This document shows, one piece after another, positions 10,345 to 21,152 of a DNA stretch of 64,000 nt. The first letter of the stretch is position 1. The number at the start of each line of letters is the position of its first letter. A program made the translations under genes and the position numbers. Source of the stretch: a virus. The stretch lies in IMG/VR virus record IMGVR_UViG_3300047650_000023; one strand, written 5' to 3'. The notes beneath the pieces were generated by a model, which was not told the origin of the DNA, made no database searches, and saw only the letters and a program-made list of their open reading frames with translations.

Positions 10345-10373
10345 ATTATAGCCTGAAATAAATTAAATGTCAA
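10345..10373 (-). promoter_or_regulatory. Sigma-A promoter upstream of the sigma factor gene
   Basis: TTGACA-17-TATAAT, embedded in a 21-bp perfect inverted repeat. Confidence 0.85.
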
Positions 10374-10424
10374 GTCTTTTTTCTAAACTTTATTAATTTA
10401 TTTCAGGCTATAATTTATTATATA

Positions 10425-10865
10425 TTATTTTGTTTTACCTTTGTATAATTTATCTGTTTCACGGCTTAATGATTTTATCAACGAGTATATCATTACTTCT
10501 CTTTTAACCTTTAATTCTTGTCTAATAGGTTTTTTAATACAATAAACTTCTTTGAAATCATCTTTAAGTTTGTTTACATATGTAACTGGTACAAATACTC
10601 CTATTTCTTTAGGTATTTCATCTTTAACTTCTTCGTATAATTCTTTTGGCATTACATAATAGTTAAAATTCCCTACAAATGTCTTTTTACACTTACTATG
10701 AAAGTCACTATTGCTTATTTTAATTTCATAACATCGCCATATTTCTTTACCTTTCCCAAAATTATGAACTTCATATATAAGAAAATCAACAATTCCCATA
10801 TTTTCTACAGTACATTCACAAACCGAATAAATTCCATTTTTCTTAGTGCTATTATATAATGCCAT
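10425..10865 (-). CDS. MmcB-like PD-(D/E)XK nuclease-fold protein
   Basis: VDFL...CYEIKISNSDFHS...NFNYYVMP. Confidence 0.65.
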   Translation of the reverse strand: MALYNSTKKNGIYSVCECTVENMGIVDFLIYEVHNFGKGKEIWRCYEIKISNSDFHSKCKKTFVGNFNYYVMPKELYEEVKDEIPKEIGVFVPVTYVNKLKDDFKEVYCIKKPIRQELKVKREVMIYSLIKSLSRETDKLYKGKTK

Positions 10866-10897
10866 TTCTAATTTCTTTGTTAATTCTGTTTTAACTG

Positions 10898-11173
10898 TTA
10901 ATCAACTTCCTTTCCACAGTTTTCACATACCAATTCGCTCATTCTTTCATCTACATTACCCTCTTGATATGGTCTAAGCTCTTTATATTGCCTTGTAGAC
11001 AGCTTAGATAGACAGATAGGACATATGTCATTATCTCGACAAATGCCCTGAAGTGTTGTTCTTATTAGTTTAGTATTGTATCTATTATGTAGAATGTCTT
11101 GTAATATATCTGCTTGTAATAGTGGATCATCATTATAATAATTTTTTATTGCTTCTATTAATTCTAATGTCAT
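10898..11173 (-). CDS. Hypothetical protein with Zn-finger
   Basis: CPIC...CENC. Confidence 0.6.
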   Translation of the reverse strand: MTLELIEAIKNYYNDDPLLQADILQDILHNRYNTKLIRTTLQGICRDNDICPICLSKLSTRQYKELRPYQEGNVDERMSELVCENCGKEVD

Positions 11174-11198
11174 TTATTTAAGTCCCTTTCTTCTAATT

Positions 11199-11459
11199 TT
11201 ATTCCTCTGTTTTTTGATAAACTCCAAAACATGCTTCTTTATCACTATATCCCACATCATTAAATTCAAAATCCATTTCAGTTCTATAATATGGATAAGG
11301 ATAAGACATTTTCTTTAATTGTTCATCAGGTATTCTTTCAAACAAATCTACAATAATTTTGAAATCATCATCAAGATTCTTTGTTGCTTTTCTCATATCT
11401 CCTAATGTCACGATTTTCAATTTATCACCTCTTTTGTTTAAATTTTTGATAAATGACAA
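11199..11459 (-). CDS. Hypothetical protein
   Basis: ORF track; likely TTG start after SD GAGGTG. Confidence 0.6.
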   Translation of the reverse strand: MSFIKNLNKRGDKLKIVTLGDMRKATKNLDDDFKIIVDLFERIPDEQLKKMSYPYPYYRTEMDFEFNDVGYSDKEACFGVYQKTEE

Positions 11460-11463
11460 ATTA

Positions 11464-11985
11464 TCATCCTTGATATTTATTAAATAATTCGCCCATTATC
11501 ATATTGTTTTGTCCAGCAAGATCAATAGCTAAAGCACAAATATTTCTTTCTGTTGATGCTCCTATTTCTTCAGAAAAATATTCAAGAATATTTTTATATT
11601 TTCTCTCTTTTATATATCTATCATCAGGAGATAAATTCTTATTTTCTTTTTCCAAATCTTCCCTACCAGTTCCATCCCATGCTTTTATATAATGATTATT
11701 TATATTATATCTGCGATTAACTGCTCCCATATTTGAACCGTCAGCATAACGCCACCAACCCCAATCGTCCTTCCAATCGGAAGCATTATCTAATTCTTGA
11801 AAATTTTCATCGGTTAACTCCCACACTTGATAGTCCTCGCAATATTCCCCATTTTTATTTTTTATCTGATAAGTTTTCTTTGCATTAATATTCAAATTTT
11901 TTAAAGTTTGATCTAATTCTGCACCAAGAATTTCTTTCAATATAATCATTCCTTTCTTTTTTAAAAACCCAATCAAAGATGTCAT
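11464..11985 (-). CDS. Conserved phage hypothetical protein
   Basis: 173-aa ORF, WGWWRYADGSNMG. Confidence 0.65.
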   Translation of the reverse strand: MTSLIGFLKKKGMIILKEILGAELDQTLKNLNINAKKTYQIKNKNGEYCEDYQVWELTDENFQELDNASDWKDDWGWWRYADGSNMGAVNRRYNINNHYIKAWDGTGREDLEKENKNLSPDDRYIKERKYKNILEYFSEEIGASTERNICALAIDLAGQNNMIMGELFNKYQG

Positions 11986-12747
11986 TTATTGTAGTTTAGA
12001 TACTATACCTTGTATACGTTTATTTGCCATATCACAATATGTAGTATCGTTTTCAAATCCTATAAAGTTTCTTTTTGTGTTTATACATGCAACAGCCGTA
12101 CTTCCTGAACCAATACAATTATCAAGCACCAATTCATTCTCATTTGTATATGTATTAACTAACCACTCTAAACACTCGACTGGTTTCTGTGTGGGATGAA
12201 TCGTTGTTGACGGATGAGGCTTTTGAAATGTTAAAATTGATTTTGGATATTTCAAATTTCCTTTAGTCTCTACAGCATCTAATTCGCCATAATTAGTATT
12301 CCTTGAAAAATCTTCTTGTGATTTACCAACTGCATTTCCTCGACTATGACATTCTTTACCTTCAACCATCTGAGGATTATATGTAGGTGGTTTTTTATAA
12401 AATACACAAATATCTTCGTGACTACGCATTGGCATCTTCTTTGCGTTTAAGAACCCACTTGGAAGAGCCTTATCCCATACAAGATTATATTTCCACATCT
12501 TTCTGTTGCTCTGCATCAAGTCTGCTGTAAACATACCATTTGCAAATAATACAATTGCTCCATCGTCTTTTATGATTCTTGTATATTGCTCCCATAGCGG
12601 TTGAAATGGTATAACTGTATCCCATTTATTTCTTGCAGTTTGACCATATGGAAGATCACATAATATCATATCAATTGATTTATTATTAATATTTTGCATA
12701 CCAATTAGACAATCTTCATTATAAATTTTATTAATTTCTAAAATTAT
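11986..12747 (-). CDS. N6-adenine/N4-cytosine DNA methyltransferase (beta class)
   Basis: CDLPYG, HPTQKP and VLDNCIGSGST motifs; frame extends to (I)ILEINKIYNEDCLIG, implying an ATA start at 12747. Confidence 0.9.
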   Translation of the reverse strand: MILEINKIYNEDCLIGMQNINNKSIDMILCDLPYGQTARNKWDTVIPFQPLWEQYTRIIKDDGAIVLFANGMFTADLMQSNRKMWKYNLVWDKALPSGFLNAKKMPMRSHEDICVFYKKPPTYNPQMVEGKECHSRGNAVGKSQEDFSRNTNYGELDAVETKGNLKYPKSILTFQKPHPSTTIHPTQKPVECLEWLVNTYTNENELVLDNCIGSGSTAVACINTKRNFIGFENDTTYCDMANKRIQGIVSKLQ

Positions 12748-12814
12748 TAATCATTCTCCTTTAATTTATTGTTAAGCTCCAACTTCTAATCAAACTCTCA
12801 ATTGGTTAGAACAT

Positions 12815-15067
12815 TTAAAAAACCAATTTAGGATGTGCTATTTGATATAAACAATCCTGTAAATGAGTTTGTTTTTTATTAACCCCTTCTTGATTTACAG
12901 CCATTCTTAATGCACCTGTTTGAGCAATTAGGTCACATTTAATTTTGGCGCGAGTAATAGCTGTATATAATAATTCTCTTGTTAATAATGAATATGATGA
13001 AAAATCAATTCCAAAAATTATATGGTCAAATTGTGAACCTTGACTTTTATGTACCGTAATGGCGTATCCTAATTCGATATTATTGACTTGTGTTCCTTCT
13101 ACATATACTTTACCAATACCCATAAAATCAATTAACAATGCTTTATCTTCAGGATAAACTTCTTTTATAATACCTATATTACCATTGTAAATTGGAGGAT
13201 TAGTTTTATAAGTGTTTTGAGTGTTAATTACTTTATCTCCTTGCCTCAGAACGGTTGCTTTACCTTGTGAATATACTTTGATTTCTAATTTGTTGTTGCT
13301 TGAAGGATTATACAATTCTTGTATTGTATTATTAATATTCCAAGTACATGCACTTCCATTGTTTTTGATAGGTACAATAATTTGAGTTTCCATAATATTA
13401 AAATTGTTTTGACTCATAGCTGTAGAAAACACTTGCATAATCTTATAAAAAGTATTGTTTTTATCAGAATAACAATCCAAAGATAAATCTTGTAGTTCAC
13501 CTAAAATTGCATTACCTGTCCAATCCTTTTCAATAATTTGTATACCTTTTCTAATCTTTCTTGCTTCTGTAACAATTGCAGAAGCTTGTGCCTGTCTATG
13601 TACTTGACTAAGATATACCGTTGGAATTTCATCTGAATTAATCATATCGCAAGCTATATTTCCACAACCGATAGATTCTAACTGTCCCATATCTCCCAAA
13701 CAAATTAACTTTGCACCTGAAGGAATTGCTCTTAATAAATAATAAAATAAGTAAGCATCCACCATAGATATTTCATCAAGAATTATAATATCTGCTAAAA
13801 GAGGATTCTCGTCATGATATGTAAAACCGTTTTTCCCATATTCGCTTTTACAAGGATACCCTAACAATCTATGTATTGTATATCCTTCTTCTCCTGTAAC
13901 TTCTGTCATACGGGATGATGCTCTACCAGACAAAGCACACTGTACATAAGAATAATTTTTCAAAATTTCAAGTAGTGCAGAAACTAATGACGTTTTCCCT
14001 GTACCTGCTTCACCATGAATTAAAGTAATATTATTTTCTAAAGCAGTTTTAACACCACCAACTTGTTCTTCATTAAAACTCCACCCCTGTCTATGCTCAA
14101 CGTGTTTAATAGTATCTTCAAAGTTGGAATAAGTAATTTTTGTTTCTGCATTTTTTAATCGAATTAGTTCTTCTGCTATTTTTTCTTCTATATTAAAATA
14201 CTTTTTTAAGCCAATTTTTGTCTTTTCTTCATTCCACCAAAGATTTTCGCCAATATAATTTATTGACTCTGTTATTTGACTATCTAGTATTTCTTCTCCA
14301 AGATTATCAATAATTGCTCCCATTAATTCGTCTGGCGAAACCCAAGAACATCCATCTTGACCACTATCATCTAAATATTTAGTAATATAAGCTGAAATTC
14401 GTTCTATACTGTATTCATCCATACCCCCATCTAAAGCAATTTTATCTGCTGTTTTCCAACCTATTCCCTTAATTTCATTGCATAAAACATATGGGTTCTT
14501 AGTAACTTTTTCAATTATTAAGTCAGGAGATTTATATTTTTCCATAAGTCTTTGAACCATATTATTAGTTAAATTATATTTTTCTAGTTCAGTAAATATT
14601 TTAGCGATATGAATATTTTTATTAAATCTATCAATCCATCTTGCAGCAGTATCCATTCCGCAACCTTTTACTTTAACTAATGCAATAGCATCATTTTGTT
14701 TCAAATCTTCATATGGATTATCTAAAACTTTATACATATTATTAATTTGATTCTCAGTAAATAATGTTGATAAAAATTTTTTTTGTCCAACCTTATCGTG
14801 TTCATCAAAAACAATAGCACTATAAATTGAAATAATATTATACTGTTTCCCATACCTAGGATCATCTATAAAATTACCAGTTACAACATAAGTGCTACCA
14901 ATTTGTAACTTTGGCATATTTCCTTTAATAATTATATGATTATATTTATTGGTTTTAGGATCACCTTCTTTAACTTTATCGATTGATACATCTGCTATTC
15001 CCCATTCATTATTGTAGTGTATAATACTTTCTACACTACAAATCACCTTGATTTTGTCTTCTGCCAT
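12815..15067 (-). CDS. recD2: RecD2-like SF1B helicase
   Basis: GEAGTGKT, DEISMVD, GDMGQL and YAITVHKSQGSQF motifs with N-terminal OB/HhH region. Confidence 0.92.
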   Translation of the reverse strand: MAEDKIKVICSVESIIHYNNEWGIADVSIDKVKEGDPKTNKYNHIIIKGNMPKLQIGSTYVVTGNFIDDPRYGKQYNIISIYSAIVFDEHDKVGQKKFLSTLFTENQINNMYKVLDNPYEDLKQNDAIALVKVKGCGMDTAARWIDRFNKNIHIAKIFTELEKYNLTNNMVQRLMEKYKSPDLIIEKVTKNPYVLCNEIKGIGWKTADKIALDGGMDEYSIERISAYITKYLDDSGQDGCSWVSPDELMGAIIDNLGEEILDSQITESINYIGENLWWNEEKTKIGLKKYFNIEEKIAEELIRLKNAETKITYSNFEDTIKHVEHRQGWSFNEEQVGGVKTALENNITLIHGEAGTGKTSLVSALLEILKNYSYVQCALSGRASSRMTEVTGEEGYTIHRLLGYPCKSEYGKNGFTYHDENPLLADIIILDEISMVDAYLFYYLLRAIPSGAKLICLGDMGQLESIGCGNIACDMINSDEIPTVYLSQVHRQAQASAIVTEARKIRKGIQIIEKDWTGNAILGELQDLSLDCYSDKNNTFYKIMQVFSTAMSQNNFNIMETQIIVPIKNNGSACTWNINNTIQELYNPSSNNKLEIKVYSQGKATVLRQGDKVINTQNTYKTNPPIYNGNIGIIKEVYPEDKALLIDFMGIGKVYVEGTQVNNIELGYAITVHKSQGSQFDHIIFGIDFSSYSLLTRELLYTAITRAKIKCDLIAQTGALRMAVNQEGVNKKQTHLQDCLYQIAHPKLVF

Positions 15068-15088
15068 ATAATACCTCTATGTCTTTCT

Positions 15089-18000
15089 TCATATTTTTGC
15101 TCTTTCTGATTGAAGTAGCATTGTTCCGTCATCATATACTTCTTGTATCTTATTACAAGTATGTGTATAAATAGTGTCCTTATAAATCATAGGTCTAAAT
15201 ATCTCATCTCTTCTGATTCCTGCTACAACAATTTTTGAACCTCTACTTAACCAACTTTTCTCCAAAACAGTTTTCTTTTCACTATTTTTATCTAATTGCG
15301 CTGATATTTGTTTGTTGTAAAAAGCATAATGTCCTTTATTAAATTTTACATGAACTGCACCATATTTTGTCAACAATGTAACCATATAATGCAAATTATC
15401 TGCATTTAAAATTGTACCAGCTATACGACATATTTTATATTTGGGTAACACTCTTTTTTCATTGTCAATGTATCGAGTATAATAATCATATATTTCTGGT
15501 TCTGTTGGCAACTCAAAGAAATTAACTATGCCATACATTTGTTCATCAATATGTTCCAATTCATGTTCACCATCATAATAGCAGAGAGATTTCATAGACC
15601 ATTCTGGTAATTTTCCTGAAGCATACTGTTTCCAAATTTGTTGATATATTGCATCATTATATGATTCTAATGCTTTTTCTGTTAAGAACCATTCTTTCAA
15701 TGTCTCTATTTTTTCATCTACTTCTTTTGTAAAAAGCTTTTCAGATACTATATAATAATCTCCTTTGGTTTTAACTACAGAATCTTCAGTAAAATACTCT
15801 TTAAAGAAAGGTTGAGAATTAGAATCTAGTAAATAATAACCATCATGATAACCTCTCTTTGGTATTTTTTTATTTTCATCTATATACCTTTCACATAATG
15901 CTATTTCATTTAAAACATACTTTTTGAAATTAACCATTTTTATTGACAACTTCAATTGTTCAGGAATAATATTCATTTCTTGCATCTTTTGAAATTGTTG
16001 CATTGATAACTTATCGCATGAAGTAAAAATATACTTACTTAAAAACCATTCCATTGTTTCTATTCTATTTTTAGAATGTAATTCTGTAAAACACCCACCT
16101 TTAATTAATTGTACCATTTGTGATGTTTTAACCAATTTAGTTTCAATCAATTTTTCACAGAAATCTTCTAATGAATTATATGGTTGATTTTTTATAATAA
16201 TTTGAGATACTTCATCTCCTATACCATTCATACCTTTGAATCCATAAATAATACGATTGTTTTCTATATCTACTTTGAATTTAAAAGAAGCTGAATTGAT
16301 TAAAGGCAATTCAATTTTTACCTTTTCTTTTTGCACATTAGCAATTGCAATAGCTATTTTACCATAATTTGTTGTACCTTTATTATCTTCATCAATAGAA
16401 CCAGAATCAACAATTAAATTCGCTGTTTGCCAATAGATAGGATTATATTTATAACATAAATTTAGTTCTTGTAAGCCAATAAGAGAATAGGCAAGCGTGT
16501 GGCTGCGGTTAAAACCATATCCTCGCTGTGTACTAATCAATACATTCCAAACATAGTCAGTTAAATTTTTTGACAAAGCCTTTTTCTTTGCGTTCTCAAA
16601 AAATTCTTGCTCTAATTGTAAAAATTCTTTTGGCTTTTTTTTTGCCACAGCTTTTCTTAATTTATCTCCCCATGTCAACGAAAAACCGCCAATTTTAGGA
16701 TGTTGAGTTAAAAGGACTAAATATTCTTGTGCTTCACATATACCAAAAGAAATTCCAATAATATCTTTCAATATTTCTTGCTCATCTTGTGTAAGTCCAT
16801 GATCACTCATTTCTTGATACCATGCATTAATATCCTGTCTAAAACGTGCGTATTTTTGCAATGGAGATTCGCCATTTTTTTCAGAAGCCATCAGTCTCAT
16901 AACTGAATTGATAGTTGCCAATTCATCAACAGATTGAGGTTGCGCTAATGATACAGCTTGAACACCACTTTCTTTTTCCATTTGGAAGAAAGACATTACT
17001 TTATGTTCCCATAACATACTCCACATATCTTTAGATTGACGTTCCAAAGTATATATTCCTATATATTTTTCATACGTCTTTTTTAAACTTCCTTGCCATT
17101 CAATAATGTTATATTCAAGTAATAATTCTAAGCAACTTTGAATTTTATCTAAAGCATCTATGCACAATAAATCAACCTTAATCAAAGAGCAATCTTCGCA
17201 CATATGTAAATCAAATTGTGTAATAACATCACCTGAATTGGTTTTCATCAATGCAGTAGATTCTGTAAACGGCTTATCAACAAGAATTATGCCACCTGCA
17301 TGTGAGCCTACTCCATTAACCAATCCTTCAATTTTTTGTGCTACTTTCCAAAGTTCAGGATACCTATTCATTTCAGTTACAAACTCTACTACAGGTTTAT
17401 TATCTTCATCGCCATAATACATTTGAGATAATGTTCTAAGCATACCTCTATCAGAAACAATTAAGGAGCTGATATACTGTGCAACATCATTATCAATTTT
17501 CAAACCTCTAGCAGCAGTTAAAATAGCACTTCTACTTTTTTCAGTAGATAAAGTCATAACTTTACTAATTCGATCTTCACCATATGTATTTTTCAATGCC
17601 TGTATTACAACTTCTCGTTTAGAACCACAGATGTCTATATCTATATCAAGAACTGATGCTCTTTCTGGATTTAAAAATCTCCACGGATAAACTTTAGTTT
17701 GTTCTCTTAATGGATTTATTTGTGTAATACCTAATATATGTAGTAAACAAAAACCTACCCCTGATCCACGACCTGCTCCGACAAGTGTTCCAGCGTTCCA
17801 TGCTATATTTACGAAATCAGCGATTTGTAGTAAATATGCTGACCATCTTACTTTCATTTTTTCTGATGATAACTGTATAGAACTTAAACACTCATTAATT
17901 TTGTCATACCCTTCTTGTGTCTGATAATATTTATCTGTATCGATATAACTTATAATCTCTCTAATTAAATGCCTATCGCAATCATATTTTGAAGTATAAA

Positions 18001-19018
18001 AAGATTCTAATAATTCTATTTTATCCTTATACTTTGTATATAATTCAATATTAGGTTCTGATATATTCAATGGTACATATGGTATTTCTAATTCTTTAGT
18101 TAAATCATAATCTTGCGCCATTGAATATATCAACATTGTATTGTCTATGCCTTGCTGAACTACATCTCTACCATAGTATTCATCCATATATTCATGAATT
18201 TCATTTTCACTCATAATATAAGTAGTAGAATAAAAATTATCAACTTCTCTATCACCATCTTGAGATTCAAGATAAATTTTATGAATTTCTCTATCTTCTT
18301 TTTTTAAGTAATGTGAATCAGTTGTTATAATATATGAAGTGTCTGTTTCTTTAGCAAGTTGAAGTAATTTTTCATTAACATATATTTGTTCTTCCATATG
18401 AGAAGGTTGAAGTTCCAAAAAGAAATATCCTTTCCCAAATATCTCTATCATATAAGAAATCCAATCTTTACACGATTGCCATATTTCTTGATATTCAGCT
18501 TTATTACTTTCAATATTTTTATATTCCAATAGACGATGTGGGAGAGCACCACCAAGACAGGCTGAACTTGCCACAACATCGCCTTTATAGGAATACATAA
18601 TGTTTTCTAAATCTTCGTAATAAGTAGGTACACGCATCATTACGTTCATAAATGATTGTGACCACGCTTTAGTACTCAATTCCCTAATGCATTTATGTCC
18701 ATTTGCATTTAATGCTACAAGAATAAAATGTGGGTATTTATTATTTTTTTTATTCTCGGCAACAACATCATCTGTACATAGATAAATTTCATTTCCTAAA
18801 AGGACTTTAAAATCTTTCCATTCTTCTTGCTCTTTTTTCTTATGATAATATTTTAAGGCATCCAATGATGATGTAATAGATTCATGCTCTGTAAAACAAA
18901 TGCCATTATGTCCTAAAGCAAAGGCGTAATCAATCATTTCAGGAATCTTATTGATAGAATCCCGTATTCTTAAATTACTTCCTTCTGCGCTATGATTATG
19001 TATTCCTATAAAAGCCAT
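15089..19018 (-). CDS. dnaE: DNA polymerase III alpha subunit (phage)
   Basis: PHP domain (HNHS, FTEH, TTDSHY), GRGSG, DIDID, HAGG and GYGFNRSH motifs. Confidence 0.95.
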   Translation of the reverse strand: MAFIGIHNHSAEGSNLRIRDSINKIPEMIDYAFALGHNGICFTEHESITSSLDALKYYHKKKEQEEWKDFKVLLGNEIYLCTDDVVAENKKNNKYPHFILVALNANGHKCIRELSTKAWSQSFMNVMMRVPTYYEDLENIMYSYKGDVVASSACLGGALPHRLLEYKNIESNKAEYQEIWQSCKDWISYMIEIFGKGYFFLELQPSHMEEQIYVNEKLLQLAKETDTSYIITTDSHYLKKEDREIHKIYLESQDGDREVDNFYSTTYIMSENEIHEYMDEYYGRDVVQQGIDNTMLIYSMAQDYDLTKELEIPYVPLNISEPNIELYTKYKDKIELLESFYTSKYDCDRHLIREIISYIDTDKYYQTQEGYDKINECLSSIQLSSEKMKVRWSAYLLQIADFVNIAWNAGTLVGAGRGSGVGFCLLHILGITQINPLREQTKVYPWRFLNPERASVLDIDIDICGSKREVVIQALKNTYGEDRISKVMTLSTEKSRSAILTAARGLKIDNDVAQYISSLIVSDRGMLRTLSQMYYGDEDNKPVVEFVTEMNRYPELWKVAQKIEGLVNGVGSHAGGIILVDKPFTESTALMKTNSGDVITQFDLHMCEDCSLIKVDLLCIDALDKIQSCLELLLEYNIIEWQGSLKKTYEKYIGIYTLERQSKDMWSMLWEHKVMSFFQMEKESGVQAVSLAQPQSVDELATINSVMRLMASEKNGESPLQKYARFRQDINAWYQEMSDHGLTQDEQEILKDIIGISFGICEAQEYLVLLTQHPKIGGFSLTWGDKLRKAVAKKKPKEFLQLEQEFFENAKKKALSKNLTDYVWNVLISTQRGYGFNRSHTLAYSLIGLQELNLCYKYNPIYWQTANLIVDSGSIDEDNKGTTNYGKIAIAIANVQKEKVKIELPLINSASFKFKVDIENNRIIYGFKGMNGIGDEVSQIIIKNQPYNSLEDFCEKLIETKLVKTSQMVQLIKGGCFTELHSKNRIETMEWFLSKYIFTSCDKLSMQQFQKMQEMNIIPEQLKLSIKMVNFKKYVLNEIALCERYIDENKKIPKRGYHDGYYLLDSNSQPFFKEYFTEDSVVKTKGDYYIVSEKLFTKEVDEKIETLKEWFLTEKALESYNDAIYQQIWKQYASGKLPEWSMKSLCYYDGEHELEHIDEQMYGIVNFFELPTEPEIYDYYTRYIDNEKRVLPKYKICRIAGTILNADNLHYMVTLLTKYGAVHVKFNKGHYAFYNKQISAQLDKNSEKKTVLEKSWLSRGSKIVVAGIRRDEIFRPMIYKDTIYTHTCNKIQEVYDDGTMLLQSERAKI

Positions 19019-19028
19019 ATTTCACCTC

Positions 19029-19997
19029 TTAAAAAATTAACTTTCTAGTTGTTTGCTGTTTATTATTATCTAATGCATTCCATTTCATATTTGTATTAAA
19101 AGTTTTTTCTGTAGGAGTCCACAATGAAAAATAGTCGCAAGCAGTCTGATATTCCATTGCTGAAGGATTGTTCCTGCAAAATGAACACCAATAACATAAC
19201 GGAGTTGGAGAAGGAGTAAATACCTTTTCATCCTCATTCTTCTTTATATTTATAAACAATTTATCCAATGCCTTAATTAACCGCTTTTCATACCCTTTTG
19301 TTAATGCCATTTGATTTTGATTTAACAATATAAAATGATATTCAGATTGTATAGGTAGTTTTTTAAATTCATTTAATATAGCTAAAGCATAAATACCAAA
19401 TTGTAATGATGTTGCTAACTTTGGATTATCATATATCTTCTTAGATGTTTTATAATCTATTGTTCTATATTCTAATTCTCCATTTGAATCTATTCTTGTA
19501 TCAATCCTATCAATAAATCCTTTTAGAATAATTTGATTATCCCATACAAATTTAAATGGGTATTCAAAAAAGGTTGGCATCCATTCCGTATCTTCCATTT
19601 CGATTTGAATGACTTGTTTAAATATATTCATCTTTTCATCATAAGTCATTCCAGATGCATTATCTTTTTCATACCAAGTTTCAAAATATTTTTTCTTTAA
19701 TGCATTGATTCCAATTAATTTATTATCTTCTGTTCCATTGCATAATATATTATATAATGAATCATAGTTTGTACATAATTTATTTGTTTTATTTTTTCCT
19801 TTTGTCTCAAGGACATAATGACATAAACTACCCAATTCTAATGCCAAACTTGTTTCTTTTGTAAACTGTTTATCAATATATTTTAATTTGTATTGCATCG
19901 GACAATTCTTATACACTTCTAATTTACTATAAGAAAACACTGGTAATTGTTTATCTTCCTCTGTTACTGGTCTAATTTTATTTTCTAGTTCTTGCAA
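19029..19997 (-). CDS. PD-(D/E)XK nuclease (RecB/AddB-like, Fe-S Cys)
   Basis: FSYSKLEVYKNCP, GFIDRID, IDYKTSK, CYWC..C. Confidence 0.88.
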   Translation of the reverse strand: MQELENKIRPVTEEDKQLPVFSYSKLEVYKNCPMQYKLKYIDKQFTKETSLALELGSLCHYVLETKGKNKTNKLCTNYDSLYNILCNGTEDNKLIGINALKKKYFETWYEKDNASGMTYDEKMNIFKQVIQIEMEDTEWMPTFFEYPFKFVWDNQIILKGFIDRIDTRIDSNGELEYRTIDYKTSKKIYDNPKLATSLQFGIYALAILNEFKKLPIQSEYHFILLNQNQMALTKGYEKRLIKALDKLFINIKKNEDEKVFTPSPTPLCYWCSFCRNNPSAMEYQTACDYFSLWTPTEKTFNTNMKWNALDNNKQQTTRKLIF

Positions 19998-21143
19998 TTA
20001 ATCACATCCTTTTAATACTCTATTTACTTCATCCATTGTAATTACAATTTTCTCATCAAATAATTGCATTAATATATCTTTTCCTCGATCAGTAGGACTA
20101 TCTTTGTATTTTAATCTATCTCCATGATCAAGCAAAAAGCATACCTTGCAATAAGGCACTATGTTACTAACCTTTTTTACTAATTTATTATAATATATTT
20201 CTGCTTCAAAAGAATTTGCTTCATGATATTCTCTATCAAATGCAATTATTATTTCCTCACATTGTAGATATTGCAATAATAATTTTTGTTGCGTCAAAGT
20301 TATATTGCTTCCACAGGTTGCTAATACAAATGAATCATCTCCAAAGTAAGTGTAATTTTGTAAACAACCTTTTTCAGATTCTACAATCATTACTTTTTTA
20401 ATTTTTTTAATTTTTTCCTGCGTCACATTGATTCCATAAAAATTAGAACCAAGTTGATGACTTAAAAATTTACCTCCTATTTGTAAAGGTACATATTTAC
20501 CAATTGCTTCAATATCATCTTCATCTAAATACCTTCCTCTTATTCCAATTAGACGATTGTTTTTATCTCTATGAGGTATCGTTATTTGATTGGTTAATCC
20601 ATAATAACCAATTTCATATTGGCTAAGAGCTTCTCGCGAGATATTATTATTTAGCCATTCTGTATGTGGTGCATAATAGAAACTTTCAAGAATATTTTCA
20701 TTAATTTCTGTTAGATTCGGAATTTCTTTTTTATTTTTATTAATGCTCTTTAACTTATCAATCCATTCAAAATCATTTATAATATTCTTAGGAACTTCAA
20801 TTGTTTCTCCTAAAATGATTTTGTTCGTTTTTTGCGCTATGTATTGTAAAGCTTTAAACCATGTAATTGTTCTTCCTTTTGCTCTATTGGCTCTGATAAC
20901 CAATTCAATAATATTGAAAGAATCACTACACTTTGAGTAACAATGAAATACTTTTCCTTTGTATTCATTAGTTGGTTCATGATAGTAATATAATTTCCAC
21001 GAATCAGAACCATGACAAACAGATTGAAAAATCAAATCTCCTTCAGTATTAGTTTTCGGTAATGCTGAACCCAAACTTGTAACTACACTAATAACATCTT
21101 CTTTAGTCAGTGAAGCAAGTATTTTATCTTTATTTAAATACAT
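19998..21143 (-). CDS. Phage DNA primase
   Basis: N-terminal Zn-binding (VCH...HCYSKC), TOPRIM VESEK and FDRE. Confidence 0.85.
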   Translation of the reverse strand: MYLNKDKILASLTKEDVISVVTSLGSALPKTNTEGDLIFQSVCHGSDSWKLYYYHEPTNEYKGKVFHCYSKCSDSFNIIELVIRANRAKGRTITWFKALQYIAQKTNKIILGETIEVPKNIINDFEWIDKLKSINKNKKEIPNLTEINENILESFYYAPHTEWLNNNISREALSQYEIGYYGLTNQITIPHRDKNNRLIGIRGRYLDEDDIEAIGKYVPLQIGGKFLSHQLGSNFYGINVTQEKIKKIKKVMIVESEKGCLQNYTYFGDDSFVLATCGSNITLTQQKLLLQYLQCEEIIIAFDREYHEANSFEAEIYYNKLVKKVSNIVPYCKVCFLLDHGDRLKYKDSPTDRGKDILMQLFDEKIVITMDEVNRVLKGCD

Positions 21144-21152
21144 ATTTCACCC

